Part shown: positions 1 through 12,904 of the stretch, one piece after another
How the letters are laid out: each line of letters begins with the position of its first letter
Numbering within the stretch: position 1 is the stretch's first letter
Origin: Paraphysomonas bandaiensis
Lineage: Eukaryota > Protista > Chrysophyceae
Assembly (NCBI GenBank): GCA_965644295.1
Contig: CBFFRP010000661.1
Location: forward strand, 1 to 46,739
Length of the DNA stretch: 46,739 nucleotides
Direction: 5' to 3'
Position numbers and translations under genes: made by a program
The notes under the pieces: model-generated
The model's input: only the letters and a program-made list of their open reading frames with translations
What the model was told of the DNA's origin: nothing
Database searches by the model: none

Positions 1-196
1 AAATCCTAGTTGTCTGTCGTCTTGCCCTCGTAATAATAATCTGTATCTCTTGTTGTCACCGATCTTATACAAAACAAGCTACATATACCCTACATATTAT
101 GTTATCATATCGTTATTGCATTAATATAGTTATCAATATTATTATGATGATGTCATAAAACGTGTAAAGGGTGTTATAAAAGCCCACGGCTTTACA
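1..196 (-). mobile_element. Start of an LTR (minus strand, TGTAAAGCC...) related to family D; runs off the left edge of the window
   Basis: aagggtgttataaaagcccacggctttaca (ending at 196) is identical to the LTR terminus ending at 35288. No PPT is adjacent, so this is a 5' or solo LTR abutting the repeat array. Confidence 0.7.
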
Positions 197-522
197 ACAC
201 TAGCGAATTGACGGCGCGCAACTCTAGCCCGGGTGACTATTGAGCTGATCAAAAACTCTCACACACACTAGCGAATTGATGGCGCACAACTCTAGCCCGG
301 GTGACTATTGAGTTTTAATAAAACTCTCACACACACTAGCGAATTGATGACGTGCAACTCTAGCCCGGGTGACTATTGAGTTAATAACTCTCACACACAC
401 TAGCGAATTGACGGCGCGCAACTCTAGCCCGGGTGACTATTGAGCTGATCAATAACAGGAAAAGAGTCTCACGTCACTAGCGAATTGCCGTCGCAACTCT
501 AGCCCGGACGAATATTGAACTC
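197..522. repeat. Tandem array of ~5 units (~65-78 bp), core CACTAGCGAATTG-N-CAACTCTAGCCCGGGTGACTATTGAG
   Basis: Five visible copies with small internal variation; each unit contains short inverted repeats. Confidence 0.9.
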
Positions 523-929
523 TTTTGACAACAAGCATAACAACATAGATATATATATTTACGACAGCATATACATTCACGTGTAACAAGAACCCCACCT
601 CCATCACTCTATTGCAGTACATATAGCGAATGAAGAAATATTATTCTACCGCCCATCTCTTTTTAAACTGATGGGTAGACTGTGCTCTGGTTTTAAATAA
701 TAGTGCGGATGTCATTCCATTGTAACATATAGAAATATACAGTATAATATGCATGTATGTATACTGTGAAGTAGGAATTCCTACCGCAAATTCAAACATC
801 AACAAAAAATCTTTCGAAATATGAGTGCGATGGAGGAACTGCAGGGAAAATACTGAAAAAAAATCGAGTTGAAGTTATTTTTGTTGTGTTGTGTATGATT
901 TTCAATCCCATTCATTCTATACTTTAAAC

Positions 930-2230
930 ATGACAGACAACGTCGATGACTCATACCTCAACAGTGGTGAATTCAATAGTAGCCAGTCCGATATTGAGTT
1001 GGATGAACGGCAATTGACATGTTCAGTGTGCTCTAATCATTACAGTAATCGAGATAAGGGTGTATCTGATTCAATATGCGGTCCTTGCAATGCAGACGGC
1101 TACAAGGATTTATTTGAGCATGAGCCCACTGAGGAGACGAAGGAGGACCTCGATGACATAGCGGAGGAGTGTAATGAAGAGAATGTCGAGATGGGTGACT
1201 CCAAGGGTGAGCCTGGCCATAAATCTAATGATTATTTGGAGTACTTCCTTTCAAAAGAAATTTCATTCAGTATAACTCACTCAAATGGTTCTCACTGTTA
1301 TGCTAGAAAGAAATTTGCGAGTGATACTGGGAATGTAGTTCGACTGTTTATAAATCCTGAAGTAATGGCTGTCGTGCCTCTTATGGTCGACTACTTGGCT
1401 GTAGCTGCTCATTTCAATTCGAACTTGCGGCATCTGAATTTGTCAATGTGTTGGGTGCGCCATCAAAGTAAGAAGGACAAGAAGTTTGTAGTTCTCTCAT
1501 ACCTTCGAACAAAATGTTCAAAGCCCAGGTATGACATCCTGGTATGGAGTGAGGAGAATGGTGTTGAGCTTTGGACTGGTGTTACAAAGATAAATTCTTT
1601 TAATTTCGACTACGATACGGAAGTAGATACTGATCATATGAAGAAGGTATTGGCTGCTTGGATAAAAGAGAAATTACGCGTAGTTGGTCCAGATAAGAGA
1701 AATAAAGACGAGCTAGGGAACTGGATTTCCACGTTTGATCCGATGAGTGACGGGCAAACTGCTGCATCTGGAATAATTGAGGTCAGCAAGCGAAAGCGTC
1801 GACCTCGTATGGCCCAGTCACGCGTCAGTGAAGAGGCAAAGCCTACTATGGCCAGAAAGAAGAAAAGGAAGACTCCTACTACTACGAAAAAGGTGAGACA
1901 TTGTATTGCATGAATTTTAAACTATTATATAATATTTTATATATGTATAATGTATATCATATTATTATTATCCTTACATATTATATACATAAGAATATAT
2001 GTATATTTAATAATAAATATATTATCCAGACAAGCAAGAAAGTCTTGAAAAAAGAAGTCATAGTAAGGGTCGACACTGAGGAAGAGGAGGAGGCGGATGA
2101 AGAACCAGAGGTGAAGGAAACCATGAAAAGCAAGAAAAAGGGAAATTTCATCAGTAAGCAGTCACTGATAGAACAATTGGCGGCAGCCAAGGAACAGATC
2201 AAGCAACAAGCTACTACTACTGCACCAAAT
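930..2230 (+). CDS. Spliced, 3'-truncated gene for an unknown protein with an N-terminal CxxC-x15-CxxC Zn-finger-like motif and basic NLS-like stretches; probably TE-encoded
   Basis: ATG at 930 lies in the 891..1913 ORF. A predicted phase-0 GT-AG intron (1893-2029, AT-rich) joins ...TTKK to TSKKVLKK... The gene is cut at 2231 by a family B fragment. A homolog lies at 30946-31590. Confidence 0.65.
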
Positions 2231-4054
2231 AGAAGCCTGAGACTGACTGCTCTCACCATCCTCAACATTTTGTACTCTATCCTCCAGTATTTGCATCCTG
2301 CTGCTGAGGTTAGACACTGCAGTAGCCACCTCTGTAAAAGACTGAGACATGGCACGAACTGTGTCCAAAATCTCCTGGTTTGGATTGATGTTTGGAGCAG
2401 AAGACTCCTGAACAACATCCTGCACACCTCCAGCAGCATCTTGTTTGGTTTCACCACTACCAGCGGCTTCCTGATCTTTCCCAGGAGTTTTCTTGCCGCC
2501 TCTCCTCGTTTTACCAGTCGGAGTAGACATGGTTAATGAGAAGGACTTCCGCCTCAAAGACTATATCCACCAAACTTTTCCCTAACACACTGAGACAAGC
2601 AACCCTGGCAACTCCTAGAACCACTGACCCAGAACTCAACAACACACCAAGACACCACAAGACAAATCCCAAAGACAACCCTGCGTAAGAATCCAAAAAC
2701 TCAACACTCAACACTCAAACCCGTTGAACCCGTCGGATTTGTACAAGTGACAACAGTTAACACACAGGCGGTATCCACGGTCGATTGACTTCGAAAAGAA
2801 CCGAATTTCCCCAGTCACCACACTGTGTATCAAACAATCACCACTGAACAAAGAGCCTAGAGAACAACTACTGACAACTCACACCCAGAGAACAACAGAC
2901 AACCAACAACCACAAGCAACCGAAGGCAACAGACAACAAGCCCAAAGAATCAAGCCCAAAGAAGCGTGTCGCAGTTAGTTTCTTATAAGAGTGTGAAACA
3001 ACAGCGCAAAGACAGAAATTTCTGTACGAGCAGTAAAGTAAATATTTACTATAACAACACCCGGTTTGATAACCAGGGTGTTGGCTCGTAAACAATAAAA
3101 CTACAATAACACCTACACTGAACCAACAAAGAACAGTAATAACGGTATTATTATTAAAACACTTTTCCAAGTTTAGACCTAAACTCAGTTAGTGACTCCC
3201 GCAAAGAGCCACCGCGCAATGGTATACCGCCGGCACCCAAGTTCACTAGCACCAAGCTTTGGTCTAACTTAAAACAAGTGATAAACACCATAGAAGCATA
3301 TATGCACACACACACACTCCTAACATGGTGCAACACACGTGGTGTCATCACACCACCACAGGTTGCGCAACTCTTCAACCAAAACTGAAAAATACACAGC
3401 AACCTGATAGGGAGTGACTCACCAGCATATGCCGAGAGTACACCGTATACTACGTATCTATACCCTACCAGAGACTGAAAACCCCACAATCCAGGAAATA
3501 CATAAATACGGTACGTATGGTACGTATAGTACGCACACCACATTGCAATCGAACCCCAATAAGCCTTGCATAAACACTCGTGCACCTCAAGTGTACAATA
3601 GCGACTTCTCTCTTATGATGGTCACATGTACTTGCCCCCCTATAGGGTAGTACGGGTAATACATGTATGTATGTATATGGAAGTATATACTGCAACTGCT
3701 ACACAGGAATACGGGCCCACATAACTTTGATATAAATTTGCAGCAGGTTTCACATCGACCGAAGTCACCAGCAGCAGATCATAGTCGTACATCATCATCA
3801 GCAGATAAAAATTGGACATCATACCCGAACGTTGGCTCAATATGTAGGTACACTGTGGTACATTACCAATGTCCAAATGGTGTTGCATAATATGTATCCT
3901 GAACACAATGAAGGTCCTAAAGCAATATATAGGGTCCTGATATAGGGTCCTAAACCAACATAGGGTCCTAAAAGTCAATGTAACCATGCATGTGACTCAA
4001 TAGCGTGATACTATAGCCACGTAGATAGGGCATGGGAAATGCCACGTGGTCACA
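2231..4054 (-). mobile_element. Truncated Gypsy family B copy: 5' LTR (3050-4054), leader and first ~100 codons of gag
   Basis: Near-identical reverse complement of 35961-37785; gag starts MSTPTGKTRRGG and breaks off at 2231. Confidence 0.92.
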
Positions 4055-4815
4055 ATATGATATGGTATATATGATATGGTATATATGATATGTTATATAT
4101 GATATGCTATATATGATATGGTATATATGATATGTTATATATGATATGTTATATATGTTATATATGATATGCTATATATGATATGCTATATATGATATGG
4201 TATATATGATATGGTATATATGATATGATATATATGATATGTTATATATGATATGGTATATATGATATGGTATATATGATATGTTATATATGATATGCTA
4301 TATATGATATGGTATATATGATATGTTATATATGAAATGTATATATATATGATATGTTATATATGATATGTTATATATGATATGGTATATATGATATGGT
4401 ATATATGATATGGTATATATGATATGGTATATATGATATGGTATATATGATATGGTATATATGATATGTTATATATGATATGCTATATATGATATGGTAT
4501 ATATGATATGTTATATATGAAATGTATATATATATGATATGTTATATATGATATGTTATATATGATATGGTATATATGATATGGTATATATGATATGGTA
4601 TATATGATATGGTATATATGATATGGTATATATGATATGGTATATATGATATGTTATATATGATATGGTATATATGATATGGTATATATGATATGTTATA
4701 TATGATATGGTATATATGATATGGTATACATGATATGGTATATATGATATGTTATATATGATATGATATATATGATATGTTATATATGATATGATATATA
4801 TGATATGTTATATAT
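4055..4815. repeat. 14-bp AT-rich satellite (ATATATGATATG[G/T/C/A]T)n, left half
   Basis: Direct reading of the tandem units. Confidence 0.97.
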
Positions 4816-5340
4816 TGTGACAAATCCGCATGTAGTCCCATATATCGAGGGGTGAGTGTATCCTGACTACAGTGAGTATACGGTGGTAGGGTAGCTGTTG
4901 GGTGGAGGTATGTGTGTACGTATGTACTTGAGTACGTGAGTACGTATATAAGTGGGTATGAGGTACGATGAGTAGTAGATAGGTACGATAAGTAGTAGAT
5001 GAGTACGACTACAGGGACAGTATTACGATAACTGTAGAGATACGATGGTGATAAGTATGATATGGGTGCTTAAGTGTAGAGCCAGCTTGTAAGTGCAAGA
5101 TTGCTATGTGAGTCACTCTTTAAGGTTATGAGAGCATAAGTAAGGAAGTTCTAATAATTGATAATTATACGATTATCAGAGCTTAAGGGTCTGTTTAATA
5201 GCATCTAACAGGCACCTAGTAAGATCAGACGTCACAGCACGTGTAAGAAGTTATCCGCGGGTATGAGCATAAGGTACCCAACTGATGCATCAACAAGGCA
5301 AAGCCCTCTGCCAAGGACCCCCACATCTCCGATCGTCTCA
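4816..5340 (+). repeat. Element A 5' LTR (525 bp)
   Basis: TGTGACAAAT...GATCGTCTCA; no differences from the 3' LTR found by eye. Confidence 0.97.
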
Positions 5341-5342
5341 TG

Positions 5343-5360
5343 TGGTGGACAACGTGGGCT
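5343..5360 (+). promoter_or_regulatory. Primer-binding site of element A, probably for tRNA-Ala
   Basis: TGGTGGACAACGTGGGCT lies 2 nt after the LTR. Its complement ...GTTGTCCACCA implies A73 and U70, consistent with the G3:U70 alanine identity pair (inference). Confidence 0.7.
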
Positions 5361-8300
5361 GCCCTCGCGACCCAGTGGAATTGATCAACCACGGAGAAGA
5401 GGGGGCAGCGGAATTTCATGGCAACGATCCCAAAGTGGGGAAGAGCGAAGGGCAGAGCGATGGGAGGACGATGTGGACTGTGCACGGGACATATCACTCT
5501 CTGAGGCATGGGGGGATACCGGGACCGGCCAAGGGACGGCCCCAGTGGAAGAACCAGTCTACAACTGTGGGGACGGGAGTAGACCCAGCAACAAGGGCAG
5601 GCCAGGGATGGGGGCCACATGGGAGAGACTGTACAGAGATTGGAGTGGGGCACCAGACTATCAAGAGTCAGACGAGGGAGACCCACTAACAGGAATGCCT
5701 GTACGAGCGAGAGAGACCGGAGGGAGGGGTATGGAAACCACCAGGAAATTGTTTAGTGAGAAGATGCGGCTAGGGGAATTGGAGCAGGAAGAGAGGGAGA
5801 GCAGGCCTGCAGATATCCCATCATGGGTGTGGGTGCGACAGAAGTATGCGACAGAGAAAGCAAGAGATCAGCCGGTGATAGAGATGAAGGGGAATCCACG
5901 GACAGAGACTCTCATATTTGAGTAGGAGGGAGGCCACAGGAGCAGAGCATTGGCAGTCTCAGAGGGGAGAAAGAGGGGACGACTATCCGAAGACACCAGC
6001 CAGAAGAGATATAGGGGAAGAGTATCGAAGTACACCAGTAATGGAGGAGTTGGCTGCGATGGGAGTAGGGGCGGGAGAAGAAGACGAGGGGAGGAGATGT
6101 GGTCACAGGAGGAGTGGAGTATGGGAAGTAGGTCCAGTGGTAGACGGAGGACAGATGAGGAGGAGAGCAGACGAGATGGAGTGTGACCACGTGGCATTTC
6201 CCATGCCCTATCTACGTGGCTATAGTATCACGCTATTGAGTCACATGCATGGTTACATTGACTTTTAGGACCCTATGTTGGTTTAGGACCCTATATCAGG
6301 ACCCTATATATTGCTTTAGGACCTTCATTGTGTTCAGGATACATATTATGCAACACCAATTGGACATTGGTAATGTACCACAGTGTACCTACATATTGAG
6401 CCAACGTTCGGGTATGATGTCCAATTTTATCTGCTGATGATGATGTACGACTATGATCTGCTGCTGGTGACTTCGGTCGATGTGAAACCTGCTGCAAATT
6501 TATATCAAAGTTATGTGGGCCCGTATTCCTGGATAGCAGTTGCAGTATATAGTTCCATATAAATACATACATGTATTACCCGTACTACCCTATAGGGGGG
6601 CAAGTACATGTGACCATCATAAGAGAGAAGTCGCTATTATACACTTGAGGTGCACGAGTGTTTATGCAAGGCTTATTGGGGTTCGATTGCAAATGGGGTA
6701 TACGTACTATACGTACCGTATTTATGTATTTCCTGGATTAGGGGGTTTTCAGTCTCTGGTAGGGTATAGATACGTAGTATACGGTGTACTTTCGGCATAT
6801 GCTGGTGAGTCACTCCCTATCAGGTTGCTGTGTATTTTCAGTTTTGATTGAAGAGTTACACAACCTGTGGTGGTGAGATGATACCACGTGTGTTGCACCA
6901 TGTTAGGAGTGTGTGTGTGTGCATATATGCTTCTATGGTGTTTATCACTTGTTTTAAGTTAGACCAAAGCTTGGTGCTAGTGAACTTGGGTGCCGGCGGT
7001 ATACCATTGCGCGGTGGCTCTTTGCGGGGGTCACTAACTAAGTTTAGGTCTAGACTTAGAAAAGTGTTTTAATAATAATACCGTTATTACTGTTCTTTGT
7101 TGGTTCAGTGTAGGTGTTATAGTAGTACTATTGTTTACGAGCCAACACCCTGGTTATCAAACCGGGTGTTGTTATAGGAGGATGGATGCAGGAGGACATT
7201 CATGTAGCCTCGAAACCCGTGGGACTATCACAGGAGACACAGAACATGCTTCAGAGGAATATGCTGCTACATCTGGTGCAGCCGGTGGAACCAGAACATC
7301 AAGACAAGTATGTATGGCAGAGTGAGAGGCTGGTGAGGAGAGAGATACAGAATGTGAGAGAGAGGATGACGGAAGGCACGTACAGAGGGGTATTGGATAG
7401 ATTGATGGAGGAGTTGAAGATGGCTGCAGTGAAGGAGGGAGTACCAGATATACAAAGAGAGTTCTATGTGTCGTGGCTGGGGATCATCCAACATGCAAGG
7501 ACCAGGGGGCGCCGAGACATGGATTTCGAGTTACTGAGCCAGGAGAGGGAAAAGATACCGGAGCTGCTGGACTATATCTCACGACCAGCAATAGGTTGGC
7601 AGAGAGGTTGATGTATCTGGAGGAGCAGAAGGAGGTCATTCAGGTAGCATTGAGAGAGCTCAGGGAGATAGGACCGCCTCTGAAAAGCTATAGAGATCAG
7701 GTGAGGTGGATGAGAGGGGATAGAAGACCGAACATGGATCGATGGGTAGAAGAGTATCCAGATGAAGTGAGCAGCAGTGAGGAGACTTGGTTGACAGTAG
7801 AGAAGGAGAGTATGACAGGAAAAGAGGAGGAGGCTCGCACTAGCAAGAAAGGGGGGAGGGAAACAGAGGCCAAGGAAGAGGACGACCCTAGTCAGCTGGT
7901 GGAGAAAGCGAGGTCCAAGAGTTATGGGGAGTTCTGTCAATGGTGTATGAGGACGCCAGGAGTGGTGGATAAGATCACCGCGGAGCTGCGGCAGAGGTGT
8001 GAAGAGCAGGTGGAGATGGCCAAAGTATTGCCGGAAATGAGGGAACATTTGAGGAAGCTACCCATACCGCACTGGGTACAGTCTGGGAAGCCAGCGGCCC
8101 ATATTGGATATCCCCAAGTAGATTTTCCCACAGGGAGCACCAGGTTAGACTGTATTATGATATTCAGTGGAATAGTATCTACGGCCCACATGGCTCAGTG
8201 GTCGCCGATGAAGTTATGCCTACACCTGATGACAGGAGCTCCGTTTAAAGGGGAGTTGGGAAGGAAATATGCTACGAGGGTACAACATGGGGAGAGTGGT

Positions 8301-9300
8301 TTCAAGTCGACCTGTTCAGCGGTGGAGACCGATGTGGTGACGTGGGGGGTGGAGGTGTTTAAGTTTATGATTAGGTTCACCTCCATTTTTGGCATCCAAG
8401 TGGGGAAGGAGGTGCTGCAGAGGGAAGTGGAAGAATTCCAGATGGACGAGACATCGTTAGAGAAGTTCGACGAAAGCTTCGCAGAATTAAGACACAAGAT
8501 CATACAGGTGGGCGACGACAATATAGCGGAGCAACTGTACAGACGATTTAGGATGAAGACCGCAGGACGGCCATTAGGGAATTTGGTGAGACAAGGAGTT
8601 GATGCAGAGATCGAGATGGATCGGAGGATAGGCCTGGTGGACATGAAGAGCGAGGAGTATATTGTGAATTGTGTGCAGAAAGTGGTTGGGAAGCTGATGG
8701 ATACATATCCCAATGGACAGATACCAGGAGTCACGGGATCGCACAAGAAGACAGTAAAGGCGCATGGAGCTTACCAGGAAGGAGGAGAAAGAGATCAGGG
8801 GGCAGAGACGGATAAGCCGGAAGGGAGGAGAGAGACAGGCACCGGGAGCGGAGGAGGCTACACGGTACCACGAGGGAAGAATGGGTGGGTGCTGTGCAAC
8901 TGGTGTGGATTTGAGCATTCCAAGCGGGGAGAGTGTTTCTACAGATTGAGGGATACATCTGGCAAATGGAAGGGGTATCAACCAGAGAAATTCACGCGGT
9001 TTGAAATTCGGGCGTACCAAGAAATTGTAAGGAAAATGGAGGAGTCTCGGTCAGCATGGAGTACATTCACGGATGAGGAGAAGAAGGCTTTCCACGCCGA
9101 AGTCTCGCGCCTGAAGGAGAAGAATTTGCAAGCGTTTGTCAGAATGAATCACGCTAGGGTAGAGATGTCTGAAGCAGAGGAGGAGTGGGATGAAGACTGG
9201 TACGAGGAGGACGGGGCAGAGAGAGGGCAGGGACAGGAGGACAAACCAGTTAGGGTCAGCTTAGCCCATACATCGGTGACAGAGGCAGGAATCAACGGGA
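5361..9300 (+). pseudogene. gag: Element A gag region, disrupted
   Basis: The frame of the 5263/5950 ORFs joins the 7186 ORF once the solo LTR and one TSD copy are removed (..RRDG|GWMQEDIH). There is an in-frame TAG at 5923 and a frameshift near 7590. Zn knuckle CNWCGFEHSKRGEC at ~8895-8935. Confidence 0.75.
6182..7176 (+). mobile_element. Solo LTR of Gypsy family B inserted in element A gag
   Basis: Matches LTRs 3050-4054 and 35961-36966; flanked by the 4-bp TSD GGAG (6178-6181 and 7177-7180). Confidence 0.95.
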
Positions 9301-12300
9301 AGCCAGACTCTCTGACCATGTGGTGTGGGGTGGCCCAAGTCGAGGGAGATCGGATGCCTATGGTATTGCATGTGGATCCCGGATCTGATTGGAAGTTTAT
9401 GCATGAAGGGCTGGCTAAGGAGATGGGCTTGCCAATCACAGTGTTACCACAGCATCAACGTTATCGTATTATGGGAGCTACAGGGGGTGATGGTCAACCA
9501 GAGGAGGTCACTTCATATACCACCTCTTGAGAATGGAGGTGGAAGGCGTACAATATTATGGGGAAATGCATGGACGGTTGCAAACCGGACCGCCGGTCAA
9601 AGGGATATGGGAGAGAAGGTTTGATCTAGTACCAGGACTGACGATCTCAGCACTGTGGGGAGGCTCGGATGCGATTGAGCTTAAGAAACATCGAGCGTTC
9701 GTGGTTACTACGGAGTCAGGGATTGAGGTGGTGATGAGTGGACGGTCATACGCGGGGTCATGTGAGTGGATTGGAAAACAAAGAAGTCCTATTCAGGAGG
9801 CCAGGATATATCAGTTTATGGAGGGGGTTCGTCGGGCCAATGGAGTACGGAGAGCACACAGAGCGTGTCTACAGCGAGCCACCATCCCTGCAAATTCAGT
9901 CCAATTTGTACCAGTTCACAAGATGGAGACTTCACCTCTCGCGTCGTCAATTGTAACGGTAGTCCGACAGGATGTGCCGAAAGGGATCATAGCGGGGAAG
10001 TGGAGAGAGGTAGTACGCATTCCGGATGTGACGTCCTGCACAGGAACTCATGGGGTGTGGGTGGAAAATTGGTCATCCGAGCCAGTTAAGTTACATCGGT
10101 CGGCAATCAGCGTAGAAATACAGCCGGTATATCAGATGCCGCGATATACGAATGAGGATCTGGATGAGCAAGAGGACCAGGAAGAGGTACGGGCACATAC
10201 CACGCGAGTAGTAGAAGCGACTCCACAATCCACTGAATGTCCGCCAGAGTTCAAGCAACCGTGGACGGCTCTATGGCACTGGATGAGTCCAGATGATCAA
10301 GCGCACTATGTAGCAATCCGAGAGGAGTACCCGGAGGAGCGGCGCGCAGACGTAATCTGGGAAATCATAGATCATCTGGATATTGCCAGGGACGATATAG
10401 CTATGACCTTACTGTGGTCAACGGAGATATGGGATCCAGGGGGAGCGGGATATCATCCAGTGGAGACACCATGGAGACCTAGTCAGGTCCTAGATTTGGG
10501 GGAGGAAAGTTGTGAGGATGAGGACCCAGTAGCGGAGAAGAAGAGACAGGAGTGGAAGAATAGGGTTAGAGGGAGAGAAGGGAAGTGGAGAATATGCGTG
10601 AAAGATGGACAACCAACCCAGCGAGCGATTTTACTGGCTCGATGTGTAGCGTGGGCGAATGTGCTAGTGCATCCGGATCCCGACAACCCGAAAAAATTAA
10701 GAAATTATCAGACAGGAATCAGAACCACGGATGACAAACCAGTGTTGTGTCGACCGAGGAGATACAATGATGTAGAGAAAGCATTCATGAAGGCAAAAGC
10801 GAGGATAGGGAAGAGAGAACGAAAGGTGGAACCAGCGGAGCCAGGGGCGTGGGCATCAGCGTTGGTACTAATACCATATAGGGATAGAATTGAAAAGTTC
10901 AAGGAAAAATGGGGGGAGCATGCCAGGGAGGCTATGTGGGACCCGAGGAATGAACAAGAGGTGGCTACCTTCTACCGACAAACCATAGATTGCAGAGAAG
11001 TGAATGCAAAGACGTTACCGGATGTATTTCCACTGCCGAGGATTGATGATCTGTTGGACCAAGTGAAAAAGGGAACGAAGCACTTCTCGGTTGGGGATAT
11101 CAAGGATGCGTTCTGGGTGGTAGACTTGGAGAAGGGAAGTAGAGCAAAATTTGCATATAGAACACATGACGAGTACCTTCAGCCAACAAGGATGGTGCAA
11201 GGAGGAAGAAACAGTGCTAACGAATGGGCAAGGATCGTGGCGGAGACATTCCAATGCATTAGTCAGGAGGAGGCGTTAGTATATCAAGATGATGTCATGG
11301 TACATTCGAGGGAGTTCTGGGAGCACTATGGATCCATAGGGAAGGTGTTCCAACAACTTGAGAGCAAGGACTTGGTGTTCAAGGTGACGAAGGTGCATCT
11401 GAACTACCCAAGCATGGCATTTTTGGGTTTTATGGTGGATGAAAAGGGGAAATACCCCAACCCAGAAAAGGTCAAAGCGATAGACGAATTGGAATATCCG
11501 AAGAAGGATGTATCAGCTGTAAGAGCGTTTATAGGACTGACCTTATATTACCGACATTTCATCAAGGACTATGCGAGTATTGTGGCACCGTTGCATGACC
11601 TAACAAGGAAAGGAGTAAACGTAGCGGAGGCATGGAATGAGGAACACGAGGAAGCCGTGGATAGACTGAAAGAGGAACTGATGGCCCATCCATGCTTGCG
11701 TCTGGTGGATAATACCAAGCCATTTCAAGTAAGGGTAGACGCATGCCGGAAGGGTCGAGGGATAGGAGCTATATTGCTTCAGCAGGATGAGGAAGAGGAG
11801 TGGCATCCAGTAGCATATTGGAGTAAGATTTTGAATGCTACGGAAAGGGAATATTCGCCGACGGAGATTGAGTGTAAAGCATTGCATGACTGTATGATGT
11901 ATTAGGATCTGTACTTGCGATGTGCAAATGAAGTGGACGTGTACACGGATCATAATGCATTAGTATATATGTACAAGGGTCAGACCGCGTCTAATAATGG
12001 GAGGCTCATGAGATATCTGCTGGATCTGATGGGAATGAGTTTCCACCTCCATTATAAGCAAGGGACAAAGCATATGGATGCAGATGCGGTATCGAGGCTA
12101 TTGAGAAAGGGAGAAGAGCCACAATATTTGACGGCTGATGACCTGGAGTGGGACAAAGGGGTAGTGACGGAAGAGGACATCTTGCTGGCACAGGACATGG
12201 AAAGGAAGAGAGCCAAGAGGATAGCACGCGCTGAGAGAAGAAGGGCAGAAGTAAGGGAGGCAGAGGAGGTGAGGAAACAGTATAAGGAACAGGCCCAAGA

Positions 12301-12538
12301 GAATAGAGAGATCAGGAGAGCTAACGTAGTGAGAGGGTGGCGTGAAGGAGTTCAGATGACGGAGGAAGAGAGGAGGAGACATGTGAGCAAATATGGACGG
12401 TCGGATAGGACACTGAGGGAAAAGCCGAAGCAGCAGATGAGACCAGCGAGAGAGGTGCCTCATAGGGATGACTGGAAGGAAGTTGAACTGGATAGAGATT
12501 TATGGGCTTTGCGGGACAAGAAGGCCACCGGTTACAAT

Positions 12539-12904
12539 AGGGTGACTGTCATGCCGTCGACGTTGAGAGGAGCAGGCAGAGGCCTGTTCGCAACAAAAGA
12601 AATAAGAGAAGATGGTATAATATGTGAATATGATGGCGAGCGGTGGTCTGCGGAAGAAGCAAAACAGAGGAGGGCCTCAGAGGATACGGATTATGTGTTC
12701 GCGGCTAAGAAGAGAGGGAGCGAGGTGGTATATGTGGATGCGAGGGAGGCAACATCCTGTTGGGGAAGGTTCGCGAACGATCCCCTGGACGACACACTAG
12801 TCAATGCCAAGATAGTGATGAGGGGAAAGCGACTGTTCGTGGTAGCAACTACAGAGATACTGCCAGGAGAAGAAGTGTTAGTTTCATATGGGAATGACTA
12901 TTGG
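12539..12904 (+). other. SET domain embedded in Gypsy Pol, between RNase H and integrase
   Basis: STLRGAGRGLFATKEI...IICEYDGE...DY...VDA...GRFANDPL...ATTEILPGEEVLVSYGNDYW contains the SET GxG, EYxG, RFxNH-equivalent and EELxxxY motifs. Confidence 0.9.

Noticed and set aside
198-210. CACTA (EnSpm) terminus at array starts
   Set aside because: CACTA is simply part of every repeat unit; no matching TAGTG terminus or transposase was seen.
4055-4815. Telomeric repeat
   Set aside because: The unit is heterogeneous, AT-rich and internal, with no G-rich telomere motif.
9520-9535. Programmed gag-pol frameshift in element A
   Set aside because: It falls inside the protease domain with no slippery heptamer; more likely a mutation or sequencing error.
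11903-11905. TAG reassignment or programmed readthrough in element A (also 5923)
   Set aside because: This stop lies inside RNase H at a probable TGG codon, and other ORFs here end normally in TAG; a nonsense mutation is more likely.
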